DNA of 64,000 bases from an uncultured delta proteobacterium (GCA_963708295.1 CAVPSJ010000014.1:192001-256000); one strand, 5' to 3'. Counted from the stretch's first letter, positions 9,566 through 20,110 are shown. Numbers and translations: made by a program. Notes: generated from the letters alone by a model not told the origin.

Positions 9566-12500
9566 ATGTCAGATAAAGAACAAAGAGTAGTTCTTGGAAA
9601 CGAAGCGATTGCCAGAGGCGTGGTGGAGAGCGGGTGTCAATTTTTTGCGGCCTATCCCGGCACTCCCAGCTCGGAGATCCTCCCCGCGATTGTTCGTTTC
9701 AAAAAGGAAAACAATCTGGAGATCTATGTTGAATGGTCTACGAATGAGAAAGTCGCTTTTGAGAATGCGTTGGTGGCCTCTTATACAGGGAAACGAGCTG
9801 CCGTGGCCATGAAGCAGGTGGGGTTGAATGTCGCGACGGATCCCCTGATGAGCTCCGCCTATATCGGAACGATCGGAGGGTTTGTCATCATCAGTTGTGA
9901 CGATCCTGGGCCCTATTCTTCCCAGACCGAACAGGACACCCGGTTTATGGCCATGTTTGCGAAGGTCCCGGTTTTTGATCCTGCCAGTCCGAAAGAGGCC
10001 CAAGAGATGTTACCCATTGCCTTTGAGCTTTCCGAAAAATATCAGATTCCCGTTATCCTCCGTCCCGTCATGAGGGTCTCCCATGCCCAGCAAACCATCA
10101 CGTTCAACCCTATTCACAGAGTTGAAAGGAAAGCCGATTTTCAGCGCAATCCCCAGCGATGGAGCGCCACACCCAGATTTCGGTTTTTGCTCCATAAGCA
10201 GCTCAACGTGAAGCTTCAAAAAATTGCCGAAGAGTTCAGTTCCATGACCTCTCTCAATTTCGTCGAGCATGATCGGGAAAGAGCTTCTCTCGGAATCATC
10301 GCCGGAGGGATCGGTTATGCGATTGCCCGGGATATCGTCAATGAAATGGGCCTCCGGGAAGCGATTCCGATTCTCAAGATCGGGACTCCTTTCCCCTTTC
10401 CGAAAGAGATCGTAGAGGCCTTTATTAAGAAATGTGATCATGTGCTGATTCTCGAAGAAACGGAGCCGGTGATCGAGCTTCAAATACGTGACAAGTCGAA
10501 AGTCACCGGGAGATTGGACGGAAGGATTCCCAACGAAGGAGAAATGCTTCCCGAAGTCATTACCCAGGTGATCTCGGACCTATGTAAAAAGTTCTCCATT
10601 CCCGTAGGGGAGGTTCCTTCTTCAGGACCTCTTGAGAAGCTGGTGGCCGGGCTGGGCTTGCCCATTCGTCGACCGACGCTTTGTTCGGGATGTCCCCATC
10701 GGGCTTCTTTCTTTGCCATCAAGAAAGCTTTCCCGAATGGGATTTTCCCGAGTGACATCGGGTGTTACACCCTGGGGATGAATATGGAGTCTGTCGATAC
10801 CTGCCACGACATGGGAGCAGCCATCACCTTCGCCAGCGGTCTCTACCAGACTTTTCATCAGGATGGCAAAGAGATTCCCATCATCTCCACGATCGGAGAT
10901 TCAACGTTCTATCATTCCGGAGCTCCAGGACTCCTGAATTCCGTCTATAATGGCTCCCGTTTCATTCTTGTGATCCTCGACAACTCCATTACAGCCATGA
11001 CGGGTATGCAGCCGACCCCGGAATCCGGAACCACGGCGGATGGCCATCCGGGCAAAACCCTTTCTCTCGAAGAACTGGTGAAAGGATGTGGCGTCAAATA
11101 CATTCGCGTCGTCAATCCTTACGACATCAAGGGCATGATTCTCGAGGCGAGAAAGGCCTACGAGTATACCAAACAGCACGAGGGGGGGATGGCCGTACTG
11201 ATTTCCCGTTATCCCTGCATCACCTATCAAAAAGAGATCCTCAAGGTTAAGCCTAACAAGGTTGATATCCGCCATATGCCTCCTCCGGAGAAAGATCTTT
11301 CCCAGGTGAAAAGCGGGGCCATGCCGCAATCGCTTTTGCCTGTGTATCAAGACAGAATCGCACCCTGCACCGGGGCCTGTCCAATCCAGGTCGATGCCAG
11401 GGGCTATATCGATCTCATATCAAAAGGAAAGTTTGATGAAGCGCTCGCTCTTGTTCGTCAGCAGAACCCATTCCCTGCCATCACGGGCAGACTCTGCGCC
11501 CGGCCGTGCGAGAAGATCTGCCGAAGGGGGGATGTGGATCAACCGATTGCAATCGACCTTTTGAAACGGTTCGTTGCAGAACGGGAAAACGCCCCTGTCA
11601 TTTAATATCACGCCAGGCCCTGAAAAGGCAGCAAAGGTGGCCATTGTGGGATCTGGCCCCACAGGGCTGATGGCTGCTTATGATTTGCGACGCCATGGCT
11701 ATCCGGTGACCGTCTTTGAGGCCCTTCCTCTACCCGGCGGGACCATGGCCGTGGGGACAGGGCGATTTCGACTGCCGGAGGAGGTACTCAATCGAGAGAT
11801 CGATATCGTCAAGAAACTTGGAGCGAATTTCAAATTCAATACGCGGATTGGTGGCGAGACCTCTCTCAACAGCCTCAGGGCTCAAGGGTTCAAGGCCATC
11901 CTTCTGGCCACAGGAGCTCACAAAGCCAAAAAGTTGAATCTTCCAGGACACGAGGCCAAAGGTGTCGTGGATACCCTGACGTTTCTTAAGAAAGTTACCC
12001 TGAAACAAAAACTTCCTGCTTTTTCGAGGGTGGTGGTGCTGGGTGGAAGTGACCGGGCCCTGGATGCAGCACGGACAGCGCTGAGACTTGGAGCGAAATC
12101 GGTGACGGTTCTATTCAGCCGTTCGCAAAGGGAAATGCCTGCCGAGGCTTCGGAAATCGCTGAGGCAGAGAGAGAGGGAGTGTCCTTTCAGTTTTTCTCG
12201 GTTCCGTCAAAGATTACAGCTTCCCAGGGTAAAGCGATCGGGATCTCCTTCAGAAAAGCCATTCTCAGCGCTCCCACAAGCCTCGGGAGAACAAGGGTGC
12301 AATCTTTACAAGGCCATGAGAAAAAATTGAAGGTTGATCTGGTCATTACCTCACCCACCCTATGTTCCGGATCTTTCTTACTTTGGAGAAGTCGTTCCGC
12401 AAACTGCCTGGAATACAATCCAGGTCGACCCGCTGACATTAGCTACGTCTGTGAAGGGAGTCTTTGCTGGAGGGGATGCAGTCACAGGCCCCAAGAATTT

Positions 12501-13092
12501 TATTGAAGGTCTGGCAGCAGGAAGAAAGGCGGCCCTCTCTATCCATCGTTATTTAAAAGGGGAAGCCCTGGGGAAAAACCGCGAGGTGGAAGGAGCTTCC
12601 ACAGAACTGGTCTCGGTCAATATCGACAGAGTGGAAACCCAGCCAAGAGTGGAGGAATCTGTTCTTCCCGTTGAATCCCGCAAGAAGAATTTTAAGGAGG
12701 TTCATCTTCTACCTTCCGAAGAGGCGTTGATCGCAGAGGCGAAGAGATGCCTCCACTGCGGGGCTTGCACTCAATGCGACACGTGTTCGATCCAGTGCCC
12801 GGAGGGAGCGATTTCCAAGACGGAAGGCGGCTATGTCATCGATTATAGCAAGTGCACAGGCTGCCGGGTTTGTGTCCAGGAGTGCCCGACCTCAGCGATC
12901 GAGATGCCGGCCGTGGGCGCCTGTATTGCCTGCGGGTTCTGTCTCAAGCGGTTCGAATGTCCCTCGTTGCTCAAGGGAGAGGACGGCCGCGTGGAAATCG
13001 ATCGATTAACCTGCGTGGACTGCGGCCTGTGCGCAGAGGTGTGCTGTCAGGAAGGAATCTATCAGGTCAGCTGGATGATGATACAAATGTGA
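9566..13092 (+). CDS. iorA: Indolepyruvate:ferredoxin oxidoreductase alpha with inserted GltD/NfnB-like FAD domain (frameshifts near 11600 and 12358)
   Basis: LGNEAIARG, YPGTPSSE, LCSGCPHR, DIGCY, IGDSTF; then PCTGACP..GRLCARPCEKICRR, VGSGPTG, FAGGD, EAKRCLHCG; terminal CIACGFC..ECP..CVDCGLC ferredoxin domain. Confidence 0.85.
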
Positions 13093-13333
13093 AGCTTCAC
13101 TGGCCATAGGCCAGTGCTTAGAAGTCCTAAACTCGAAATCGTAAACTCTGATAAAACTCAAATGATCCAAACTGCAAAGTCTCGAACTGAAAAATTACCT
13201 TTTGAGTTTCATATATTTTCGATTTGTTTAGGGTTTAGAGTTTGGTGTTTGAGAGTTTAAATAATTCGGATTGGTCCGAGGCGGACGCTGCGTCCCGATA
13301 TTCGGATTTCGGATTTGGCCAAAGGGCAGTACG

Positions 13334-13900
13334 ATGAATATCCAGATGATCATCTCCGGTGTGGGCGGGCAGGGCGTTCTCCTGGTGACACGGATCTTTT
13401 CAGCCTTTTCCCTTCAAGAAGGGTACCCCCTCATTGGTTCGGAAGACCACGGGATGAGCCAGCGGGGAGGATCGGTGATGACCCATTTGAAAATTGGAAA
13501 TTTCGATAGCCCCCTTGTGAAGAAGGGGAGCGCTGACATTCTCTTATCCCTCGAAAAAAATGAAGCCTACAAGACCCTTCACTATCTCCGAGACGGCGGT
13601 CTCTGTTTTATCAATGCCTCAGATCCGAACGATATGAACCGGGAGATCATGGGGTACCTGAAAGAAAGAGGGATGGAAGCTTATGTGGTTGGAGCGGACC
13701 AGCTTGCGAGGGGTATGGGATCGCCTCAATCGGCCAATATCGCTCTCATCGGGTTTGCCGCATCCCATCCCAGGTTTCCCTTTCCCCATGACAAACTCAG
13801 AGACGCCATCGACCGGGTGACCCCCCAGAGGTTTCGGGAAGCGAGTCTCAAAGTATTTGAGAAAGGGCTCGCTGAAGGCCGAAAATCTGTAAAACCGTAA
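13334..13900 (+). CDS. iorB: Indolepyruvate oxidoreductase beta subunit
   Basis: GVGGQG, HGMSQRGGSV. Confidence 0.93.
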   Translation: MNIQMIISGVGGQGVLLVTRIFSAFSLQEGYPLIGSEDHGMSQRGGSVMTHLKIGNFDSPLVKKGSADILLSLEKNEAYKTLHYLRDGGLCFINASDPNDMNREIMGYLKERGMEAYVVGADQLARGMGSPQSANIALIGFAASHPRFPFPHDKLRDAIDRVTPQRFREASLKVFEKGLAEGRKSVKP

Positions 13901-14140
13901 TTCTTATTTTCAGCCGTCTCTTTTGCAGGCCTGAATTACCTCCCCATCTTCGAATGAGCATTCTATCCTTTGCCTTAGGTCTGTGCGCGCAGGAGAATAC
14001 TCTCTCAATTTTAACCTCAAAATTGGGATTTCCAGCCTGAAACCAGCCTTCATCTTTCAGAGATGATCAAACCGATGAAGCGGTTATTTTGGTCCGACGC
14101 GAGTCCCCGGCTCAAGAACCTGTTCGGAGACGCTTTTTTT

Positions 14141-14440
14141 AGGGCTGATCAAAAATGGACCTGCCTCCGCCGAAACGGCTCCGCGCAGGCAGGCAGACAA
14201 AATTCTTTGAGGGAACGGTCTAGACCCGCTCCCTACCGCTCGACGCTCCAACAAAGCTGCCCCGTGCTTGATACGGGAAGGACGAGGGGTGCCGTTGCGA
14301 CGAATAAGGAGCAACTCTTGGCACGCCCGTGAGACGGTGAACGGGCCGGAAGCCGTTGCGACGAATAAGGAGCGACTCATCGCTACGTCCCCGAAGGGGA
14401 CCGGATAACGTCGTAGATGGGCGTTTTCCAGCAGCCTTGT
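14141..14440. repeat. Composite MITE-like element with nested REP-like palindromes
   Basis: Ends AGGGCTGATCAAAAATGG and GGGCGTTTTCCAGCAGCCTT. Two copies of GCCGTTGCGACGAATAAGGAGC. GTAG-type REP near 14210-14236. Related to 27316-27500. Confidence 0.65.
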
Positions 14441-14457
14441 CAAAATGCCGAAGTCAA

Positions 14458-15288
14458 TTATGATTTCTTCTTCTTGCTGGCCTTAGCTTTTGAAGGAGAC
14501 TGAGCCATTTCCTTAAAAGTATTCTCCCATTTATCGATCATGGTTTTCAGCTCGTCCAATTTAGCTTTCGCTTCAACGGGCGCGGAGACAAGCATCTTTT
14601 TTGACTTCTCCAAACCCTGGTTAATCGCTTTGGCATCGGTCGTCCAGGCCTGTTTCTTGTCTTTGAGTTTCTTCTCCATTTTTTTGGCCGTGGCCCGCAA
14701 TTTTTTCCAATCTGCCTCAACGGTTTTCAGGGCCGCCTTCGCGTGATTGACAACGGCCTTTTTCCCGGCTTCCACGCCTTCTGCGGCCTTTTCAAAAGCA
14801 GCTTTTGCCCCGATATAACTTTCCTTCGCCCCTCTGTACTTCTCCTCCTTCATCTGGGATTCTGCTCCATCCCATGCCTTCCTGGCGGCTTCGAGATCGG
14901 CAGAGGCGTACTTATCCGCTCCGGCCGACATCGCGGCATCCATCGCTTTCTTGGCAGCCTCTTTTTCCGCATTCGCCTGGTCGGCAGCCGCTTTCTTCCC
15001 GGCTTCAACGGATGCAGCCGCTTTTTCGAAAGCAGCCTTCGCTCCGATATAACTCTCTTTCGCTTCCTTGTACTTTTCCTCTTTCATCTGGGATTCTGCG
15101 GTATCCCATAGCTTATTGGCAGCGTCCAGATCGGCAGAGGCGTATTGATCTGCGCCGGCTGAAAAGGCGGCATTCATCGCTTTCTTGGCAGCTTCTTTCT
15201 CTGCTTCGGGCGGTTTTGAACAACCCACCAATATCATTCCCAGTACAAGAACCACCCATACGAATACGGATAACTTGGTCATTCTCAT
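14458..15288 (-). CDS. Helical lipoprotein with two tandem DUF4398-like repeats
   Basis: Lipobox LVGC; two near-identical units AEKEAAKKAM..GAKAAFEKAA..EAGKKA with a 78-aa period. Confidence 0.85.
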   Translation of the reverse strand: MRMTKLSVFVWVVLVLGMILVGCSKPPEAEKEAAKKAMNAAFSAGADQYASADLDAANKLWDTAESQMKEEKYKEAKESYIGAKAAFEKAAASVEAGKKAAADQANAEKEAAKKAMDAAMSAGADKYASADLEAARKAWDGAESQMKEEKYRGAKESYIGAKAAFEKAAEGVEAGKKAVVNHAKAALKTVEADWKKLRATAKKMEKKLKDKKQAWTTDAKAINQGLEKSKKMLVSAPVEAKAKLDELKTMIDKWENTFKEMAQSPSKAKASKKKKS

Positions 15289-15598
15289 AAACCCATTCCC
15301 TCCTCCGATGATATTTGGTAAAACGTGAAAACTATAAATCAAGTTCTCCTATATCGCAATAGCTGAGCCCGGGAGCAGAACATGGCTTCGTCATAAGGGC
15401 GAATCTCTCCGTAAATGAAATGACGCCAGCCTCAGAAGATAAAATTTTATTGGCGGTCAGGGCACATCAAGGTCAATTTTGGATAGGCGTGTCACAAACC
15501 CGTCACACGTGAAAAGACCCGTCGGCGTTGAATATGATTATTGGTGTTAAGATTCACGTTCTGACCCTAAAATGATATGACCCGAATACTGGTAACTC

Positions 15599-17893
15599 TC
15601 AACCTTGTTTTTCTTTCAGTGCGGCCAATACCTTTTCCGGGGTGATAGGAAGATCTTTGATCCTCACCCCTACGGCATCATAAATGGCATTGGCGATGGC
15701 CGGTGCGGTCGGGACTGATCCCGGTTCACCGATTCCCTTGGCCCCAAAGGGACCGAAGGGATCATTCGTTTCGATCACAATCGGCTCAATATTCGGAACA
15801 TCCTTTGCGGTGAGCATCTTATAGTCGAGGAAGTTTGAATTCATTACCTTGCCATCCTTCAGGATGAGTCTTTCAGTCAGAGCATAACCGATTCCCATGG
15901 TCGCCCCGCCATAAACCTGACCTTCCAGGAGCATGGGATTGATCGCTTTCCCTACGTCGTGGGCAGCAATATATTTGAGGATCTTCACCTGACCGGTTTC
16001 CTTATCCACCTCGACCTCTACGCCGTGTGTCCCATAGGCATAGGTGACCGAGAGATTCCCTTTAAATTCTCTGTCCAAATTCTCGTTGGGGGGATCGTAA
16101 AAGTAGTCTGCCATGATCATGCTTCCACCGGCGGTATAGTGGGCCGCTCTCAGGACCTTTCCCAGGGGAGACTTCTTTTCGAGGTCCTTCTTTGAAAAGA
16201 CCGTTCTATCCCGGATATCTAAATCCTCAGGGTTTTCACCCAATGACTTGGCGGCCACTTCGAGGAGTTGGTTCTTTACTTTCTTCGCTGCCCCCCGGGC
16301 AGAATTTCCAGCCACAAAGGTGGTTCGACTCGCGTGGGCCCCGACATCCCAGGGACAGATATCCGTATCCGTATGGGTGACGACGATATCTTCCACTCTA
16401 ACTCCGAGTTCTTCAGCGGTGATTTGAGCGATCACCGTATCCGAGCCCTGTCCCATATCGGTCGCACCGGTGATCACGTTGACCGTTCCGAAATCGTCGA
16501 TTTTGATGATGGTCCCGCACCCGTCCGATTTATAGACCCGGGCGCCTCCGCCCACATGGATCATCGAAGCCATCCCGATTCCTCTCCCGTCTCCTCTTCC
16601 CCGGTTCTGGCGCCAATCCAACTTTTCTGCCACGACATCGATGCACTCCCTCAGGCCGCAGGTATTGATCTTGAAACTCTGGGGCGTCACTTCACCGGGG
16701 GTGTTGGCATTTCTCATTCTGAAGTCAAGAGGGTCGATCCCGGCCATCTCCGCTAAGATATCAATCTGGGAATCGATCGCAAAGGTCGCTTGAGGGTTTC
16801 CATACCCCCGCATGGCCTGAGAATAGGTATTGTTGGTATAAACACATTTGGCGACATACCGGATATTGGGCACTTTATAGAGGGAGGAGATGGGCATCAT
16901 CATCACCGAAGGCGTGGTGGCGCCCCAGGAAGTATAGGCCCCATTGTCGAGGATCATTCGGATATCGCGAAAGGTCAGTCTTCCATCCTTGGTACAACCC
17001 TGAGCAATATCGATAATCGCAGGCTGTCTGGGAGAGGTGGCAAAAAACTCCTCTTCCCGATTAAAGAGGATCTTGACAGGTTTCCGGGTCTTGTGAGCTA
17101 ATAAGATAGCGACATACTCGAAGGCATAGGTATCGAGTTTGCTTCCAAATCCGCCGCCGATCATCGTTTTGATCACGCGAACCTTCCTGTCCTTCAATCC
17201 CATCGTAGCGAGGGCGTCCATGTAATCCCGCTGAGCGAGAGACGGAATCTGAGTGATGCTGTACATCGTGAGATTATTCTTCTGGTCGAACTGAGCCACA
17301 CAGCCACTCGTTCCCAGGCAACAGTGAGCCACCCAGGTCACTCTAAAACGATCCTCAGCGATGTGAGCAGAGTTTTTTCTTGCTTCATCCACATCTCCCG
17401 CCATTAGCCTCCAGGGGAGGTTGAGGACGTTGGTCGGCTTTTTCTCTTTGCCGCCCACATGTTCTTCGTGGATCAGGACGGCCCCTTCTTTCATGGCTTC
17501 CTCAGGGTCGAAGATGGCAGGAAGAATTTCATATTCGACCTTGATCAGATGGAGCGCCTCCTCGGCGATCTCGGGATCTGCGGCAGCGACCGCAGCGATC
17601 TCATCCCTAAACGAGCAGACCTTATTTGCCTTGAGAGGAACATTGTCTTTATAAACACCAAACTTAATGGGAGGGATGTTGTAACCCGTTAAGACGGCCT
17701 TCACCCCGGGAAGCTTTTCCGCTTTAGAGGTATCGATGCTTTTTATCTTTGCATGGGCATGGGAACTGTAAAGAATTTTTCCATAAAGCATCCCCGGAAT
17801 CTTCAGGTCGTGAATATAAACCGCCTTGCCCGTGACCTTTTCCTCCGCATCCATCTTGGGGATTCGTTTTCCAACGTTGATAAACTCTTCCAT
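15599..17893 (-). CDS. Xanthine dehydrogenase family molybdopterin-binding subunit
   Basis: KVTGKAVY, GGGFGSK, AMRGYGNPQ, DMGQG, GAKGIGEP. Confidence 0.93.
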   Translation of the reverse strand: MEEFINVGKRIPKMDAEEKVTGKAVYIHDLKIPGMLYGKILYSSHAHAKIKSIDTSKAEKLPGVKAVLTGYNIPPIKFGVYKDNVPLKANKVCSFRDEIAAVAAADPEIAEEALHLIKVEYEILPAIFDPEEAMKEGAVLIHEEHVGGKEKKPTNVLNLPWRLMAGDVDEARKNSAHIAEDRFRVTWVAHCCLGTSGCVAQFDQKNNLTMYSITQIPSLAQRDYMDALATMGLKDRKVRVIKTMIGGGFGSKLDTYAFEYVAILLAHKTRKPVKILFNREEEFFATSPRQPAIIDIAQGCTKDGRLTFRDIRMILDNGAYTSWGATTPSVMMMPISSLYKVPNIRYVAKCVYTNNTYSQAMRGYGNPQATFAIDSQIDILAEMAGIDPLDFRMRNANTPGEVTPQSFKINTCGLRECIDVVAEKLDWRQNRGRGDGRGIGMASMIHVGGGARVYKSDGCGTIIKIDDFGTVNVITGATDMGQGSDTVIAQITAEELGVRVEDIVVTHTDTDICPWDVGAHASRTTFVAGNSARGAAKKVKNQLLEVAAKSLGENPEDLDIRDRTVFSKKDLEKKSPLGKVLRAAHYTAGGSMIMADYFYDPPNENLDREFKGNLSVTYAYGTHGVEVEVDKETGQVKILKYIAAHDVGKAINPMLLEGQVYGGATMGIGYALTERLILKDGKVMNSNFLDYKMLTAKDVPNIEPIVIETNDPFGPFGAKGIGEPGSVPTAPAIANAIYDAVGVRIKDLPITPEKVLAALKEKQG

Positions 17894-17979
17894 TATGGCC
17901 TCCATGCTTCTAAATCCGAAATTCGAATATCGAATCCAGGAAACAAATCCTAAATTCAAATGATCAAATTTCCAAAACT

Positions 17980-18341
17980 TTATTCGCTTTTTCTTAAAAT
18001 AGATCCAAAAATATTCGTAAGTTCTGAAGCTTCGTTCTCTAAATCTTTTCGATCACTTTCCTGCTCCAGTTCATCACAAGGGTCGATTAACCTTAACCAA
18101 TATCGGCTTTCCTTGGCTTCTTTACAGCAGATCTTTATCCTCATAATAAAATCTTGCTTAGCGCTTCATTAGCTTCAATATAATTCGAACCGACAGAGCC
18201 AGAGGCCCTGATAAGCTGCTTGCCATCTTCAATATTCCCTGTTGTTTTGGATAATTTTTTTATGAAAGTTCTAACCTTTCTTGCGAAATTAAGTGTACGA
18301 TCTTCTAAGTCATATGTTTTTGAATTTTGAGTTTTGGTCAT
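17980..18341 (-). CDS. Four-helix-bundle (23S rRNA IVP-like) protein, frameshift near 18153
   Basis: YDLEDRT..KQLIRASGSVGSNYIEANEALSK; the shifted frame continues DFIMRIKICCKEAKESRYWLRL..IFGSILRKSE*. Confidence 0.85.
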
Positions 18342-18413
18342 TTGAAATTGGGTTTCGAGTTGATCCCTGCTGGGATGCTTCGCCCGGATTTCGTGCTTCG
18401 AATTTATATTTTT

Positions 18414-18878
18414 TCACTGACCACTGGCTGCTTTGATGGCCTGGACGATTTGCAGATAACCCGTGCAGCGGCACAGATTCCCGGCAATTCCTGTTCGAAT
18501 CTCCGCCTCGGTTGGTTTTGGATTCTCGTCCAGGAGCGCTTTAGCAGAGAGAACCATGCCCGGGGTGCAGAAACCGCATTGGATGGCTCCGTATTCGATG
18601 AAAGCCTTCTGGATGGGGTGGAGTTTTCCCTGGGCATCGGTGAGGCCTTCAATGGTGACCACACTCTTCCCATCCACCTCCATGGCAGGGAAGATGCAGG
18701 AGTTGACGGACTTTCCATCCAAAAGGACGGTGCAGGCGCCGCATTCTCCCATGCCACATCCTTCTTTCGTTCCTGTCAGTTCCAATTGGTTTCTCAATAA
18801 TTGCAGAAGAGTGAGATGAGGTTCGATCTCCACCTCCGCAGACTCACCATTTAACGTGAAACGCAACGACTTCTTCAT
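18414..18878 (-). CDS. XDH family small 2x[2Fe-2S] subunit
   Basis: GTKEGCGMGECGACTV, QCGFCTPG, GNLCRCTGY. Confidence 0.95.
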   Translation of the reverse strand: MKKSLRFTLNGESAEVEIEPHLTLLQLLRNQLELTGTKEGCGMGECGACTVLLDGKSVNSCIFPAMEVDGKSVVTIEGLTDAQGKLHPIQKAFIEYGAIQCGFCTPGMVLSAKALLDENPKPTEAEIRTGIAGNLCRCTGYLQIVQAIKAASGQ

Positions 18879-18900
18879 TGTTTAAGCTCCTTTATTGCTA

Positions 18901-19061
18901 AAAATCCGAAATCCGAATATCGGGCGAAGCGTCCGCCTCGGACCAATTCGAAACAAATCCAAATTTCCAATTTTCAAAATTCAAAACTTGTTCGTTTGGG
19001 TCATTTGTATTTCGAAAATTCGTGCTTGTTTCGAACTTCGGATTTCGTGCTTCGAATTTTG
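18901..19061. repeat. Empty heptamer-periodic inverted repeat
   Basis: AAATCCGAAATCCGAATATCG..TTCGGATTTCGTGCTTCGAATTT. About 45 bp are near-identical to the reverse complement of 13271-13317. Confidence 0.8.
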
Positions 19062-19075
19062 TCTTTAAACCATGG

Positions 19076-20047
19076 TTACCACAGCCTTTCCGGGAAGAGG
19101 GTCTCTTCAGGCTGAACCACTCTCTCGATGGATTTCATCGCCATTCGCTTGACCAGGACTCGAACCATATCTTTGCGGTACCACGCCTCTCCCCGAAGAG
19201 TGTCCCTCGGTTGGGCTTCCCGGGAGGCGGTATCGGCCGCCTCCTCCAGGAGTTCGTCACTCAGTTTTCTACCCTTGAGAAGGGCTTCGGCCTTCAATGC
19301 CCTCATCGGCGTCGGCGCTGCCACTCCCAAAGCGATCCTCACGTCCTTGCAGAGGATTTCATCTTCCTCCATCTGATGGAGGATGGTAGAAATAGGGGAA
19401 GCCGTACAGAGCAGGTCTGAACAGGTGACTTTGTTCTTATCGAGTGATAGGAGAACGGAGACCCCTAAGATAGGAAGGTCCAACGCAAGTCGCCTCTGAA
19501 GTTTATGGTAAGCGGAACCGGTATTCGGCAAAAGCTTAGGGACCCATAGCTCTTTAACCATTTCCCCTGTTTTCAAAACGGTTTCCCCCGGCCCCGTGAA
19601 GAACTCCTCAATGGGAACGATTCTTTCTTCCTTAACGCTTTTGATCCTGACCTGCGTTCCGAGAACCAGAAGGGGAGTGGCCGTATCCGCCGAGGGGGCA
19701 GCGGTACAGATGTTCCCGCCAATGGTTGCCACATTACGGATCTGGATAGAGCCGAGATAATCCACCGCATCGGCTAAGGCGGAGAAATCTTTTTTGATGA
19801 TTTCGGATTTCTCAATCGCCCGGTGAGTGACCATCGGTCCGATACTCAAAGATCCATTGTATTGAATCCGGTCCAGACCCGGGATTCCCTGCAGAGAGAT
19901 AAGGATATCTGGAACGATCGTTTTCTGTTTGATCATGACGATGACATCCGTCCCCCCCGCAATCCATTTTGCTTTCTCGCCATATTGATCAAAAAGGCTG
20001 AGAGCTTCGTCGAAGGTCTTTGGTTTAAAATAATCAAACGTTTTCAT
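19076..20047 (-). CDS. XDH family FAD-binding subunit
   Basis: IAGGTD, IGSIQIRNVATIGGN, SAD. Confidence 0.93.
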   Translation of the reverse strand: MKTFDYFKPKTFDEALSLFDQYGEKAKWIAGGTDVIVMIKQKTIVPDILISLQGIPGLDRIQYNGSLSIGPMVTHRAIEKSEIIKKDFSALADAVDYLGSIQIRNVATIGGNICTAAPSADTATPLLVLGTQVRIKSVKEERIVPIEEFFTGPGETVLKTGEMVKELWVPKLLPNTGSAYHKLQRRLALDLPILGVSVLLSLDKNKVTCSDLLCTASPISTILHQMEEDEILCKDVRIALGVAAPTPMRALKAEALLKGRKLSDELLEEAADTASREAQPRDTLRGEAWYRKDMVRVLVKRMAMKSIERVVQPEETLFPERLW

Positions 20048-20110
20048 AGAAGCCTCCGATATCCCCTTTCGACAAATTCCCCATCGGGGAGGATGAATAT
20101 TGGCCGAGTT

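Noticed and set aside
14285-14385. Direct repeats with a ~35-nt gap as a mini-CRISPR
   Set aside because: Only two copies, no cas genes, and the motif recurs inside a MITE.
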